DNA from: a virus
DNA: 64,000 nucleotides
IMG/VR virus record: IMGVR_UViG_3300030012_004221
Span: 94,184 to 158,183 of that record
Reading direction: 5' to 3' (one strand)
The notes under the pieces are model-generated. The model saw only the letters and a list, made by a program, of their open reading frames with translations. It ran no database searches and was not told the DNA's origin. Both the position numbers and the translations under genes were made by a program. This document shows, in pieces, positions 50,741 to 60,210 of this stretch (position 1 is its first letter; each line of letters starts with the position of its first letter).

Positions 50741-51703
50741 TTATTGGCTGTTATCTGTAAACTTATTAAAGTTATTATTAGATTGGATACTCAAACGTGA
50801 AGTATCTCTCTTATTTAGTTGATTTAACTGCTCTATACTTTGTACTGTTTCCATATTAAATATAATTTGTGAGGGTGTATTAAATTTTCTATTAATTTTT
50901 GTTAGTGATTTTTGAACTATATCAGGAACTAAATATCCATAAAGTTTTAAAGAAAATTCTGCTTTAACGGATCTTTCTCCCCTTTGTTCTACTTGTACTG
51001 GTGTTGAAAAATTATCAATTCTTGCTCTAAATTGATATCTTTCAGGGTTGCCCCAATATGAATCTGAAGCATAATTTATTGCTTCTACAATTTTATTTAA
51101 TTGTTCTACATAATAAGTAGCAACAATAAAATCATAAGTTAAATTTACATAATCTGGGACTACTACTGCATAATTTGTTTTAAGTGGTTGTTGATTATTT
51201 AAAATAGCAAAATTATCATATGCATTTTTTGTACTATATTTCTTTTGAAAAGTATATACAAGATGAGGATTATTAGCATCTAATTTATTAGCTATATTTC
51301 TAACCTTTTCAATATTATTACGTTTAAATGTAATTAAAGGTAACATAATTTTACCTTTTTTATCTCTGTAATACCCATCTTTTTGTACTTGTTTCCACCT
51401 TTCAGGAGAACCATATATAAAAGGTACTTGTTGAACTACACCATTTTGTATTACTGTTGGTTTTATTACATTCTCCATATAGAAAAATATAGATTCATCA
51501 ATATCTTTTATACCTAAAGTAAATGGTTTTGTTGTGTCATCTCTAAATGATACTTGATTTGCTCTATTTGGGGTATCAGCAAAATTAGGATTACCTGTGT
51601 CAGAAAAACCAGGTGACCCAGGAGGTGGGTTAAATGGATCAATCTCATTATTTAAGATTTCTCTTTGTGTTTTTGGTATTGGTCTTTTTCCTCTATTAGC
51701 CAT
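50741..51703 (-). CDS. Tail terminator / sheath stabiliser (gp15-like)
   Basis: VPFIYGSPERW, LPLITF.R, PDYVNLTY...QLNKIVE; follows the neck genes. Confidence 0.7.
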   Translation of the reverse strand: MANRGKRPIPKTQREILNNEIDPFNPPPGSPGFSDTGNPNFADTPNRANQVSFRDDTTKPFTLGIKDIDESIFFYMENVIKPTVIQNGVVQQVPFIYGSPERWKQVQKDGYYRDKKGKIMLPLITFKRNNIEKVRNIANKLDANNPHLVYTFQKKYSTKNAYDNFAILNNQQPLKTNYAVVVPDYVNLTYDFIVATYYVEQLNKIVEAINYASDSYWGNPERYQFRARIDNFSTPVQVEQRGERSVKAEFSLKLYGYLVPDIVQKSLTKINRKFNTPSQIIFNMETVQSIEQLNQLNKRDTSRLSIQSNNNFNKFTDNSQ

Positions 51704-52292
51704 TTAATGATGGGTTTGAATTGTTTCCTGTATATAATCTTTCTTGTGTTATTCCTACTTTATCAGCAGGTACATAATGTGTTTCGCAAATTACTGAAAC
51801 ATTATAACCAAATTCTTCTAATCCTGGGTTTATAGGATTTGGGTCATTTGGATAATCTGGATTTTTACCTAAATAATATTGGTTAGTGTTTACATTGTCA
51901 ACTTCATAATATCCTTCGTTATATAAAATAATATCACCAACTTGAGGAACTAAATCAGCTCCATATTGATAATTAGATGGTTCAAAATCTAAATTAAATT
52001 CTTCTGCTTTACCTAATAAGTCATCTCTTAAAAATTTAAAAGTGGCACCCCAAGAATAATCGGTACCTAAATCAGTTTCAGGAAATTCTTCATTTAATCT
52101 TTCAACTAAACAATTTAATAAAACAGGACCCATATAAAACTTTTCCTCAGCAGCTTCACCATATATGTTTACCTTAGTTTCTTCTAATTTAAACTTATAA
52201 AATGAACACTGTTGAGTAATGACGTCGGCCATTAACTCCCTATTTACGTGTCTAAATAGGCTTATGTCTCTTGCTCCTCCAAATAATGCCAT
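51696..52292 (-). CDS. Neck / head-closure protein (gp14-like)
   Basis: NIYGEA..K.Y, P.VGDII....YYEV; synteny. Confidence 0.7.
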   Translation of the reverse strand: MALFGGARDISLFRHVNRELMADVITQQCSFYKFKLEETKVNIYGEAAEEKFYMGPVLLNCLVERLNEEFPETDLGTDYSWGATFKFLRDDLLGKAEEFNLDFEPSNYQYGADLVPQVGDIILYNEGYYEVDNVNTNQYYLGKNPDYPNDPNPINPGLEEFGYNVSVICETHYVPADKVGITQERLYTGNNSNPSLNG

Positions 52293-52293
52293 A

Positions 52294-53460
52294 TTATCCT
52301 ATATAAATTGGAAATGGAACTTTTCCTAGCTCTTTTTCCAGGTAATCACCTTCTACTGCTCTTCTTTCTAATAACTTTTCTCTTGATACTTCTCCTAAAT
52401 AAGCTCTTAACCTATCAATTAATCTTTCTTTTTCACCTGTTGCGGCTGTAATTAAATCATTTGCATTTAATGTAACGTTATCCCCAGGTATTGGTACTAC
52501 TTGATATTTACCTCTAACATAACCTAACATTTCTTTACATAAAGCTAAAGCATATTCAAATATCCAACTTCTACCAATAGAATTAATTTTATCATAATTA
52601 GGATTTTTATAAGGTACATCGTAAATATTAGCTATAGTACTGCTTCCACCTACTACAAATGATGCTGATGATCTTTCTGAATTAAGAATATATTCAAAGA
52701 AAATATTATCTGGATTTACTCCATCTGGGATTGGGAATAATCTTAAATTATTATTGTGCATTTCAAATGAATAATTAGCTCTTCTAATTTGATCATTAAA
52801 TTCTATTTGTTGTATTACTTGTAAATCATAATTAATAGGCATTAATAAAAAATCTACACCTGCAGGTGAGTAACCATCAAAACCAAATGTATCCATTAAA
52901 TTCATAGTACCCATTCCTGATCCTATATATGGATCAAAAAATCTTAATATTGCAGGTGGTGCTTCATAAAATACTCTCATTATTTCTATATCATGATCCT
53001 TATAATGAGGTATATTTTCTTTAGCCCAATCTTCTAAGTTATAATCTTGTACAGATTTAGTCATAGGAATTTTACCTGTATGCCATGTTACATTTCCACC
53101 TGTACCTGCTTCAACACCATATTGTTCTGATATTTGGATTACTCTACCTAAATTAGGAACAACTACTGATCTTTCAATATCCATATGAGCTGCATCTGCT
53201 CCTTCTAAAGTTAAATAACTATCTCTAACTTTATAGGCATATACTTCATTAGCATAATCAGTTACTGCTTCTTCTAACGCTGTGTAAAAATTAAATTTTT
53301 GCAATTCGATATCAACTAAAGGATAACCTAATCTTTGTGCTGCAAACTTTGCAAATTTATCTGCATCTTTTTGAAACTCTATATCATTATCATAAAATCC
53401 AAAAGGAGTATCTCCTGGGTGAAATGAACTAGAGCCGGGCCATATTGGTATATTTGCCAT
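52294..53460 (-). CDS. Neck / adaptor protein (gp13-like)
   Basis: RLGYPLVDIEL, W...YALALCKEMLG.VRGKY..VPIPG..VTLN; ends P.PIYIG. Confidence 0.85.
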   Translation of the reverse strand: MANIPIWPGSSSFHPGDTPFGFYDNDIEFQKDADKFAKFAAQRLGYPLVDIELQKFNFYTALEEAVTDYANEVYAYKVRDSYLTLEGADAAHMDIERSVVVPNLGRVIQISEQYGVEAGTGGNVTWHTGKIPMTKSVQDYNLEDWAKENIPHYKDHDIEIMRVFYEAPPAILRFFDPYIGSGMGTMNLMDTFGFDGYSPAGVDFLLMPINYDLQVIQQIEFNDQIRRANYSFEMHNNNLRLFPIPDGVNPDNIFFEYILNSERSSASFVVGGSSTIANIYDVPYKNPNYDKINSIGRSWIFEYALALCKEMLGYVRGKYQVVPIPGDNVTLNANDLITAATGEKERLIDRLRAYLGEVSREKLLERRAVEGDYLEKELGKVPFPIYIG

Positions 53461-53471
53461 ATTATATTATT

Positions 53472-53933
53472 TTAAGCGTTAACTACTACGTATTCAACAT
53501 CAATACTAGAACTTAAAGAATAAACAGATATAAACTCTATATCTTGACCAAAAGTTCCATCAAATAGACTACTTGTTACATCAGGGCTTGAAAACATTAT
53601 AGACGATGTAGGTAAACAATGCATAGTCCAATATTGAGCTCCTCCACCATCATCAGATGATGTAAAATTAACTGCTAAAGAAGCTGAATTATCAAGATTA
53701 GTAATCCTTACATATTTCATACTACTAGAAGGAAAAGTACCTGCACCTGGGTCTACACCATTAACGTCAATTAAAGCAATAGATGTTGTTTGAGGTATAG
53801 TAACAAATCTTCTATCTACATTAGTTACATTGTTAATTGTAAAAAATGTTTCATTAAGAGTTTTAATATCCTTAACAATATGCTCCTCCTTAATTTTTAT
53901 TTGAAATTTCGTTGGATTTAATGTTGATGCCAT
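53472..53933 (-). CDS. Hypothetical, probably virion protein
   Basis: YVRITNLD motif; late motif upstream. Confidence 0.65.
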   Translation of the reverse strand: MASTLNPTKFQIKIKEEHIVKDIKTLNETFFTINNVTNVDRRFVTIPQTTSIALIDVNGVDPGAGTFPSSSMKYVRITNLDNSASLAVNFTSSDDGGGAQYWTMHCLPTSSIMFSSPDVTSSLFDGTFGQDIEFISVYSLSSSIDVEYVVVNA

Positions 53934-53978
53934 AATTATGTTTTTGTTATAAATATATAAAAAATTATTCCCAATTAT

Positions 53979-54713
53979 TTACTTTCGGGATCTTCCACTA
54001 CTCCCAGATGTACCCTTAAATATACCTCTTTCTTCAGCTTCCTCATAAACTACAATTAAATCATCAACAATAGGATCTCTATGATTTTTATTTAAAGTTA
54101 TTCCTGTCATGTTTTTAATTTTTCTTGCCGCTGCATATAAAAATCTAAATCCAGAATCAGCTTTACTTCTTAAATCCACTTGATGATCATCACCACATAC
54201 TATCATTTTTGATCTTAAACCTATACGAGTTGAAATCATTTCCATTTGTTCATGTGTAACATTTTGTGCTTCATCTACAATAATACATGAATCTAAAAAC
54301 GTTCTACCTCTCATAAATGCTAAGGGTACTATTTCTATTTTACCATCTTCAATTAGTTTTTCTATCTTTACTTTATCATAAAGTGAATACATATTTTGAT
54401 AAATAGGTTGAATCCAAGGATCCATTTTTTCTCTTAAATCTCCTGGTAGGAATCCTATTTCTTCTTTTGAAACGGTTGGTCTTGTAATTATAATTTTTGA
54501 ATATTGTCTTCTTAATAACCCATCTAAAGCTACATTACATGCTAATAATGTTTTTCCTGAGCCTGCTTTACCAGCTAATACAGTTAAAGTATTAATTAAT
54601 ATTTTTGCTTTAGCTTTCTTTTGTTCTTCATTTAATTGTAATTTAAATTTTATTGGATTTTTAACTATTCGTTTTTGTCTGAATATTTCGTCCTCGTGAT
54701 GGTTTGATGGCAT
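53979..54713 (-). CDS. phoH: PhoH-family ATPase
   Basis: GKAGSGKT, ITRP, IGFLPGDLREK, FMRGRTF, DEAQN, GD..Q.D. Confidence 0.93.
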   Translation of the reverse strand: MPSNHHEDEIFRQKRIVKNPIKFKLQLNEEQKKAKAKILINTLTVLAGKAGSGKTLLACNVALDGLLRRQYSKIIITRPTVSKEEIGFLPGDLREKMDPWIQPIYQNMYSLYDKVKIEKLIEDGKIEIVPLAFMRGRTFLDSCIIVDEAQNVTHEQMEMISTRIGLRSKMIVCGDDHQVDLRSKADSGFRFLYAAARKIKNMTGITLNKNHRDPIVDDLIVVYEEAEERGIFKGTSGSSGRSRK

Positions 54714-55428
54714 TGTTTATTTCTTTAATTTTTACTAATTTATCAAGACCAGCATTTACATGCATTGTATCATCTAGAATGGTCTCGAAATTATATCTAG
54801 AATCCAGAGGTAGAACTAAATCTACTTGTGATCCCCATCTAATCAAACTGAATCTTTCGTTTTGAGCGCAAAGATCCCCTTGTTGTTTAAAAGGGGCTAT
54901 TACGTTTACATCTTCATCTGCTATTTGTATTATATGGTATGTGTAATTTAAAGAAGGAACATACACTTGGTTAGACATTCTTTCATTATACTTTAAGTAT
55001 GCCATGTTATTTGGATTGATTACTTTATTTAAAATATCCTTCTCTACCGCTAACATTGGCTTATTTGTAGACTCAATAGGTTCTAAACGTTTATAGTTTA
55101 AAACTCCCCCATAAGGAATTCTATTGATGTGTACATCATAAAACGACATAAATATTCCAATAACTAAAGAAGGTTTATTATAATCACTATCACCCATTAC
55201 ATCTTGGATAGTATAATCAATACCTTTTATTTCTAAAACTTGCTCACCAGGTTGAACTACTTTTTGATATAAAATAGTACCATCTGCTGGGCTATAAAAA
55301 TGTTCATGATCTATGTAAGTTGATCTGAGGGGATCTCTAAAAAAGAAAGTATTACTTAATTCCCCAACTGATAATTTAGATAATTCTGCTACTTCACCAT
55401 TTAGCCAGTCTTCTAATTTTTCAGCCAT
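54661..55428 (-). CDS. Phosphatidylserine decarboxylase-family (pyruvoyl) enzyme
   Basis: FFFRDP.R, SPADG, IFMS.YDVHINRIP, NER and IRWGSQVDL (GS self-cleavage site); no N-terminal TM. Confidence 0.85.
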   Translation of the reverse strand: MAEKLEDWLNGEVAELSKLSVGELSNTFFFRDPLRSTYIDHEHFYSPADGTILYQKVVQPGEQVLEIKGIDYTIQDVMGDSDYNKPSLVIGIFMSFYDVHINRIPYGGVLNYKRLEPIESTNKPMLAVEKDILNKVINPNNMAYLKYNERMSNQVYVPSLNYTYHIIQIADEDVNVIAPFKQQGDLCAQNERFSLIRWGSQVDLVLPLDSRYNFETILDDTMHVNAGLDKLVKIKEINNAIKPSRGRNIQTKTNS

Positions 55429-56342
55429 TATAAAAGTGTTTTAAAATGATCAACCCTATTTAAATGCATTACCATACAACTTAACATAGCTCCTGATTTC
55501 ATATATTCTGATAAATTAAATATTACAGGTTCCATACCTTGTTGTGAACATATTTTTTCTAAAGATTCAATTTTATGTTTTTCTCCTTCATAAAACTCAT
55601 CTGATTTTTTAAGTTCAGCAATATTTGAAGCACATAAAATCATGTTTCCTAATCTAACTGAGTTAGCCATTCCATACATAGAGTCTTCTACATCTATATC
55701 TACTATATCAGTGTATTTACTTATTTGTTCTAATTCTGCTTTATCATATAGTTCCGTACAAACCATAGTTGCATGTGGGTTTAATGGAAAAATACTACAA
55801 TCTAAATGGTACATATATTCATCTACCATTTTAACTTTAATAACTTTCATATTAAAGTTTTCTTCCATCCATTTATAAGTTTCAATATCTGATCTAATAT
55901 CATAACCACCAATATAAACATTATCATAAAGGTATTTTATATCAGCTTCTCCTTCCCATTTATAAGGTGAAATTGTTGTTTCATACCCCATTTGTCTAAA
56001 GAATTTTTCACCTACATATTCTTCACCTTGTCTTGGGGGTGAAGTGTAGTTTGAAAGTAAAATATGATTATCATCACAAATATGAGGTAATTGTAAACCT
56101 AAATTTGCTACGTAAATTAAATCTTGAAAATTACCTTCTGCTGGTAGTAAATGTACTAATGATTGACCCGCCATAAAATTATATAAATCCATAAATTGTT
56201 TATATGCTTTTGGTCTATTAATTGTTAATTCTTTTTCAGACATTTCTTTCATCCAAATGTTATTAGGATCATTTGTTGAAAAGGTATGGGGGAAATTCAT
56301 TACGTAACTTTGAATTGGTAACTGCGAGGGAGTTTCTTTCAT
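55428..56342 (-). CDS. Amidinotransferase-superfamily (pentein) guanidino-modifying enzyme, DDAH/arginine dihydrolase-like
   Basis: N.WM, D..Y.AN.G, RQGE, EGEAD, YHLD and SEYMKSGAMLSC (catalytic Cys). Confidence 0.85.
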   Translation of the reverse strand: MKETPSQLPIQSYVMNFPHTFSTNDPNNIWMKEMSEKELTINRPKAYKQFMDLYNFMAGQSLVHLLPAEGNFQDLIYVANLGLQLPHICDDNHILLSNYTSPPRQGEEYVGEKFFRQMGYETTISPYKWEGEADIKYLYDNVYIGGYDIRSDIETYKWMEENFNMKVIKVKMVDEYMYHLDCSIFPLNPHATMVCTELYDKAELEQISKYTDIVDIDVEDSMYGMANSVRLGNMILCASNIAELKKSDEFYEGEKHKIESLEKICSQQGMEPVIFNLSEYMKSGAMLSCMVMHLNRVDHFKTLL

Positions 56343-56403
56343 TTTAATAACTGTTTTTGTTTGACTATAAATATAATAATTACTAACTAGGTAGCCAAAT
56401 AGT

Positions 56404-56430
56404 AAAAAAAAGCCCCGCTAATGCGGGGCT
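56404..56430 (-). terminator. Rho-independent terminator after the major capsid gene
   Basis: AGCCCCGC-AUUA-GCGGGGCU followed by a U-run. Confidence 0.9.
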
Positions 56431-56457
56431 TAATTATTTATCTATGAAATTACTTGA

Positions 56458-58134
56458 TTACAGTGTATTTAAACCGTTAACAAAGATTTTAGCATAGAAT
56501 TCAGGTCTTACAACTTTCTTAGCATATCTTGTAAGTAATCCTTTTCTAGGTGTGAACGTAGTTGGATCATATACTAATGGAGTCATAATTAGCGGAATGT
56601 ATGGAGCAAATACTGCACCAGCTTCTAAGAACTGACCTCCTCTAAATCCTAATAGGATTGTATTTTCAGTCATATATGGGTTCTTATAAACAGTGTATCT
56701 TGAGTTGATAGTACCTGCTTTTTGTACACCAAATGCATAATTCATTTTAGCAGCATCACCGTCTGAAGTACTAGCAAATCCTGGAATGGATTCGATAATA
56801 GTAGCTACAGTTGGAGAACATACTAAGAAATTAGCACCACCTCTAAGAGTTTTCTGGTGTATTACATTACTTAACTTCTGGATTTTAGTTCCTAAAGTTT
56901 GGAACCATTGTCCTTGAGAGTTATAGAAACCTAGATCAGAATCTATAACACCTGAAGCTCCTAGTGATAAGTTGTTTTGAGCACTCCACCACTCAGTTCC
57001 AGCAGCAGCTGATTCAATTAACATATCAAGAATTTCTAAGTCAATTTCTAATGAAATGTACTCACTCATGATTGAAGTTAATTCAGCTTCAGCGTCTAGA
57101 GAATGGTAAGCATTTAAATCTTGAGCGAACTCAGGAGTCCAAACAGCTTTTAGTTTTCTAGTTTTAGCAACGATAGCCTCTGATTGCATTTGAATGTTAA
57201 TCTGAGGAATTGTAATTGGGTTATTATTTCCATTTAGGTTAGTATTACCTTCTTCGAAATCACCTCTTTCAGCATCATTAGTTTGTAGTGTATATACTAC
57301 TTTTAATGAACCACCTTCAGCAACACCTGCGCCTACGAAGAATCTGATTACGTCATTACCAGCTGATTGAGTTACTTTTGTAAACTCTGGATACTGTCTT
57401 GCAGTACCATCTGTTGGTAAATCAGCAGCAGAACCTGATAAATAGAATCCTTTTACAGCTCTAGTGTCATAATCTGGAAGATTAGTTGTAAGAATATCTA
57501 ATGCAACGATCTGTCCAGTAGCACCTGCAGTATATGATTGAGATACAGCTGAATCAGCTTGTAAGTCAGTATACCAATCAACAGAAGCTGAAGCTACAGT
57601 GTAAGCTAAAGATTGTGTGTTGTTAATAGAGTAACCAAATCTACCAGCACCGTAAAGACCACCTTCGTTAGTGTTCCCGAAAGGAGCAGTTGAAGGGTTA
57701 GTACCAGCGTTACCATAAAGAGAATTACCAGCAGTAAATGGCTCTTTAGTAGTACCATATTGGAAATCTAGATAAAATACTAGACCAGAAGGTAAGTTCA
57801 TTGGCTGAACGCTAACAAATTCTTTTGCAGCAATCTGTCCAAATACTTTTCTTACCAATGGTAAAGCAACTCCAGCCCACTGTCCAGCAGGACCTGTACC
57901 TGGAGAGAATGAACCAGCACCAGCACCACCGCCAGTGTTAGTTTCTTCCATAACCAATTGCTTGGCTTGGTTTTCTAGGATCATAGACATGTTGTTCTTT
58001 TCAGTTTCGTTTCCGATTCCTTCTAAAAGACCTGTCTTATCCCATTTAGCAGCTAATCTAGCAGCGTCACTCTGTAGTGACTTATACGGATTAGCGCTTT
58101 CTAAAAGTGAATTTAATTGTGACATTTTTTTCAA
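56458..58134 (-). CDS. Major capsid protein (T4 gp23-like)
   Basis: LENQ, LPLVR, VQPM..PSGL.F, AKTRKLKA.WT.E.AQDL, APYIPL, P.TF.P.KG..TRY. Confidence 0.96.
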   Translation of the reverse strand: MKKMSQLNSLLESANPYKSLQSDAARLAAKWDKTGLLEGIGNETEKNNMSMILENQAKQLVMEETNTGGGAGAGSFSPGTGPAGQWAGVALPLVRKVFGQIAAKEFVSVQPMNLPSGLVFYLDFQYGTTKEPFTAGNSLYGNAGTNPSTAPFGNTNEGGLYGAGRFGYSINNTQSLAYTVASASVDWYTDLQADSAVSQSYTAGATGQIVALDILTTNLPDYDTRAVKGFYLSGSAADLPTDGTARQYPEFTKVTQSAGNDVIRFFVGAGVAEGGSLKVVYTLQTNDAERGDFEEGNTNLNGNNNPITIPQINIQMQSEAIVAKTRKLKAVWTPEFAQDLNAYHSLDAEAELTSIMSEYISLEIDLEILDMLIESAAAGTEWWSAQNNLSLGASGVIDSDLGFYNSQGQWFQTLGTKIQKLSNVIHQKTLRGGANFLVCSPTVATIIESIPGFASTSDGDAAKMNYAFGVQKAGTINSRYTVYKNPYMTENTILLGFRGGQFLEAGAVFAPYIPLIMTPLVYDPTTFTPRKGLLTRYAKKVVRPEFYAKIFVNGLNTL

Positions 58135-58166
58135 TTTTTATTTTTGTTAATAATTTAAGTTCTAAA

Positions 58167-59414
58167 TTAGATTATTCCAGCTAATTTTTTAAAGCGTGCG
58201 ACCATCTCATCTGATTCAACAATCGGTTGTTTTTTAGATACTTTTGAATTAGCTTTCATATTAGAAGCACTTCCTTTAGCTCTATAGCTTTCGCTTATAG
58301 ATTTATTAGAAACTTTAGTTGATACACTACCATCGATAGTTTCAAACACAAGTTTTACTTCTTTTATTGTTTCAGCTTTATCAAATGCACCTAATACTTT
58401 AACTTTCTGTGCTTCAGTTAAGTTTTTGCCTCGGAACACTTTGTTCGTGTAAAGTAGTTTTGCGTTTAGCAAATTAATTTCATTTAACTCAGTTCTAAGA
58501 GCTTTAACTGTAGCATAAGCTTCTTTTAGTTCTTTCTCTTTTTCTTCAAGTTTAATTTTGTCAATTGCTTTTTTAGCATCTGCTTTAGCATCTTTGATAC
58601 CATCTTTGTATCCTTCTTCCTCAGCATCTGTTCTTGCATCTTCTGCTATGTCAACCGAAGTTTCCATATCATCTTCTACTTCAATTTCACCTTCGTCGCT
58701 TACATCTACATCAACGTCATCTTCGAATTCTTCACCAGCTTCTATCTCGCCAGCTTTAACCATATCTTCAATTACGTCTTCGATGAACTTCTTAAGGTCT
58801 TCTTCAGATAAGTCGTCAAGGTCTATGTCCTCGTCTTCCTCATCTTCTTTCTCATCCTTTTCACCATCAAGGTAGCCTTCTTCTTCAGCATCAGTACGCT
58901 CATCTTCTTCAAGTTTGATATCGTCGAGTTTATCTTCCATATCTTTTTTAGCGTCCTTCATGCCGTCCTTATAGCCTTCCTCTTCAGCGTCAGTACGAGC
59001 ATCTTCTTTAAGATCTTCTTTTTCTAACTCTGCCAAAATTTCATCGAGTTCTTTGTCTTCCTCAGAAACATCTTCTTTTGATTTCATTTCTTCGTCGACT
59101 TTTTTATCGTCTTCTTCTTTGAATCTCATTTTTTCTGTTTCTTTTTCTGCTGGACCATCACCTTTTAGGCCCTTACGCATTACAGGATTTGACATTTCCT
59201 CTTCCATTTTGTCATCGTCTTTAGCTTCGTCTACCTCTTTCTTATACTCTTCCTCCATTTTGTCTTCTTTTTCCATTTCTTCTAGTTTACTAGCAAACAT
59301 GGCTTGAACTTGTGGAGAGAAAGCTTCTTCAAGAGCGACTTTAGCATTTGCTATTGCTGATTCTTTGACAGCTTTAGCATCGGCGATTGCCTCTTTTAAA
59401 AAGTCTCTGTTCAT
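58167..59414 (-). CDS. Prohead scaffolding/core protein (gp22-like)
   Basis: Very acidic coiled coil located between protease and MCP; three (A/E)RTDAEEEGYxDGxKD repeats. Confidence 0.8.
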   Translation of the reverse strand: MNRDFLKEAIADAKAVKESAIANAKVALEEAFSPQVQAMFASKLEEMEKEDKMEEEYKKEVDEAKDDDKMEEEMSNPVMRKGLKGDGPAEKETEKMRFKEEDDKKVDEEMKSKEDVSEEDKELDEILAELEKEDLKEDARTDAEEEGYKDGMKDAKKDMEDKLDDIKLEEDERTDAEEEGYLDGEKDEKEDEEDEDIDLDDLSEEDLKKFIEDVIEDMVKAGEIEAGEEFEDDVDVDVSDEGEIEVEDDMETSVDIAEDARTDAEEEGYKDGIKDAKADAKKAIDKIKLEEKEKELKEAYATVKALRTELNEINLLNAKLLYTNKVFRGKNLTEAQKVKVLGAFDKAETIKEVKLVFETIDGSVSTKVSNKSISESYRAKGSASNMKANSKVSKKQPIVESDEMVARFKKLAGII

Positions 59415-59541
59415 TATTCCTAAATTTTTATTGGGAAACTACGTTTATTAAGAAACGTAATAGGGGGTTTGTATTAAATTAAATGCCATATAGAAGATGG
59501 CATATTATCAATTATACGTATATGCAAAGATATTAAAATAC

Positions 59542-59576
59542 AAAAAGGCGCTCCAAAAAATTGAAAACGCCTTTTT
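59542..59576. terminator. Inverted repeat after the protease gene, terminator-like
   Basis: AAAAAGGCG ... CGCCTTTTT with a long loop. Confidence 0.5.
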
Positions 59577-59602
59577 ACCAGGAATCAGGGGTAAATCTTT
59601 AT

Positions 59603-60205
59603 TTATATAATAGGGCAAGAACCGTGTGAACATAATATTTCACGTAGTACTTCATTTACATTTTTATAGCTATCTTGCGCCTTAAATTCTTTATTTTCTC
59701 TTACTAAATGCATAAATGAATCTGGGTTTGAAGGTGTTGAAACAAAATCCCAACATAGTAATTCAAAGTCATCTTGTACTTCCATTACACCACCTCTATC
59801 CTCTAATGAACCCATTCCTCTAGAAGAAACACCAACTGTAATTCCACTTTCAACTAATGCTTTAAGTATATTACCATTTGGGGTAGGTAAAATTTCTATT
59901 TTACCCATTACGTTATCTCCATCCCAATACATTTCTACTATATTATGAGATACATTTTGTAAGTTTATAACTGATGATTCAGGGTGGTCTAATTCACCCA
60001 TTGCTCTGTTTTCATCAACTAGTGTTTGATATTTGTCAATTTCTCTTTTCCACAAATCTTTAGAATAATATCTACCATTACCGTTTTTTACTTCAGCAGT
60101 AGCTAATATTCCTTCAACTAAAGGTAATCCTCGTTTTGAACGTATTTCATTCAAACGTACTCCCTTAGGTTTAAATACGTGGGTTTCTATTAATAATTGA
60201 CTCAT
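59603..60205 (-). CDS. Prohead protease (gp21-like)
   Basis: NGNGRYY, GELDHP, VSH, TPNG.I, GVSSRGMGS, DFVSTPS. Confidence 0.95.
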   Translation of the reverse strand: MSQLLIETHVFKPKGVRLNEIRSKRGLPLVEGILATAEVKNGNGRYYSKDLWKREIDKYQTLVDENRAMGELDHPESSVINLQNVSHNIVEMYWDGDNVMGKIEILPTPNGNILKALVESGITVGVSSRGMGSLEDRGGVMEVQDDFELLCWDFVSTPSNPDSFMHLVRENKEFKAQDSYKNVNEVLREILCSHGSCPII

Positions 60206-60210
60206 AAGTA

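Noticed and set aside
25251-59307. Plus-strand ORFs opposite the tape measure, sheath, MCP and scaffold genes
   Set aside because: Low-complexity antisense translations of well-supported minus-strand genes.
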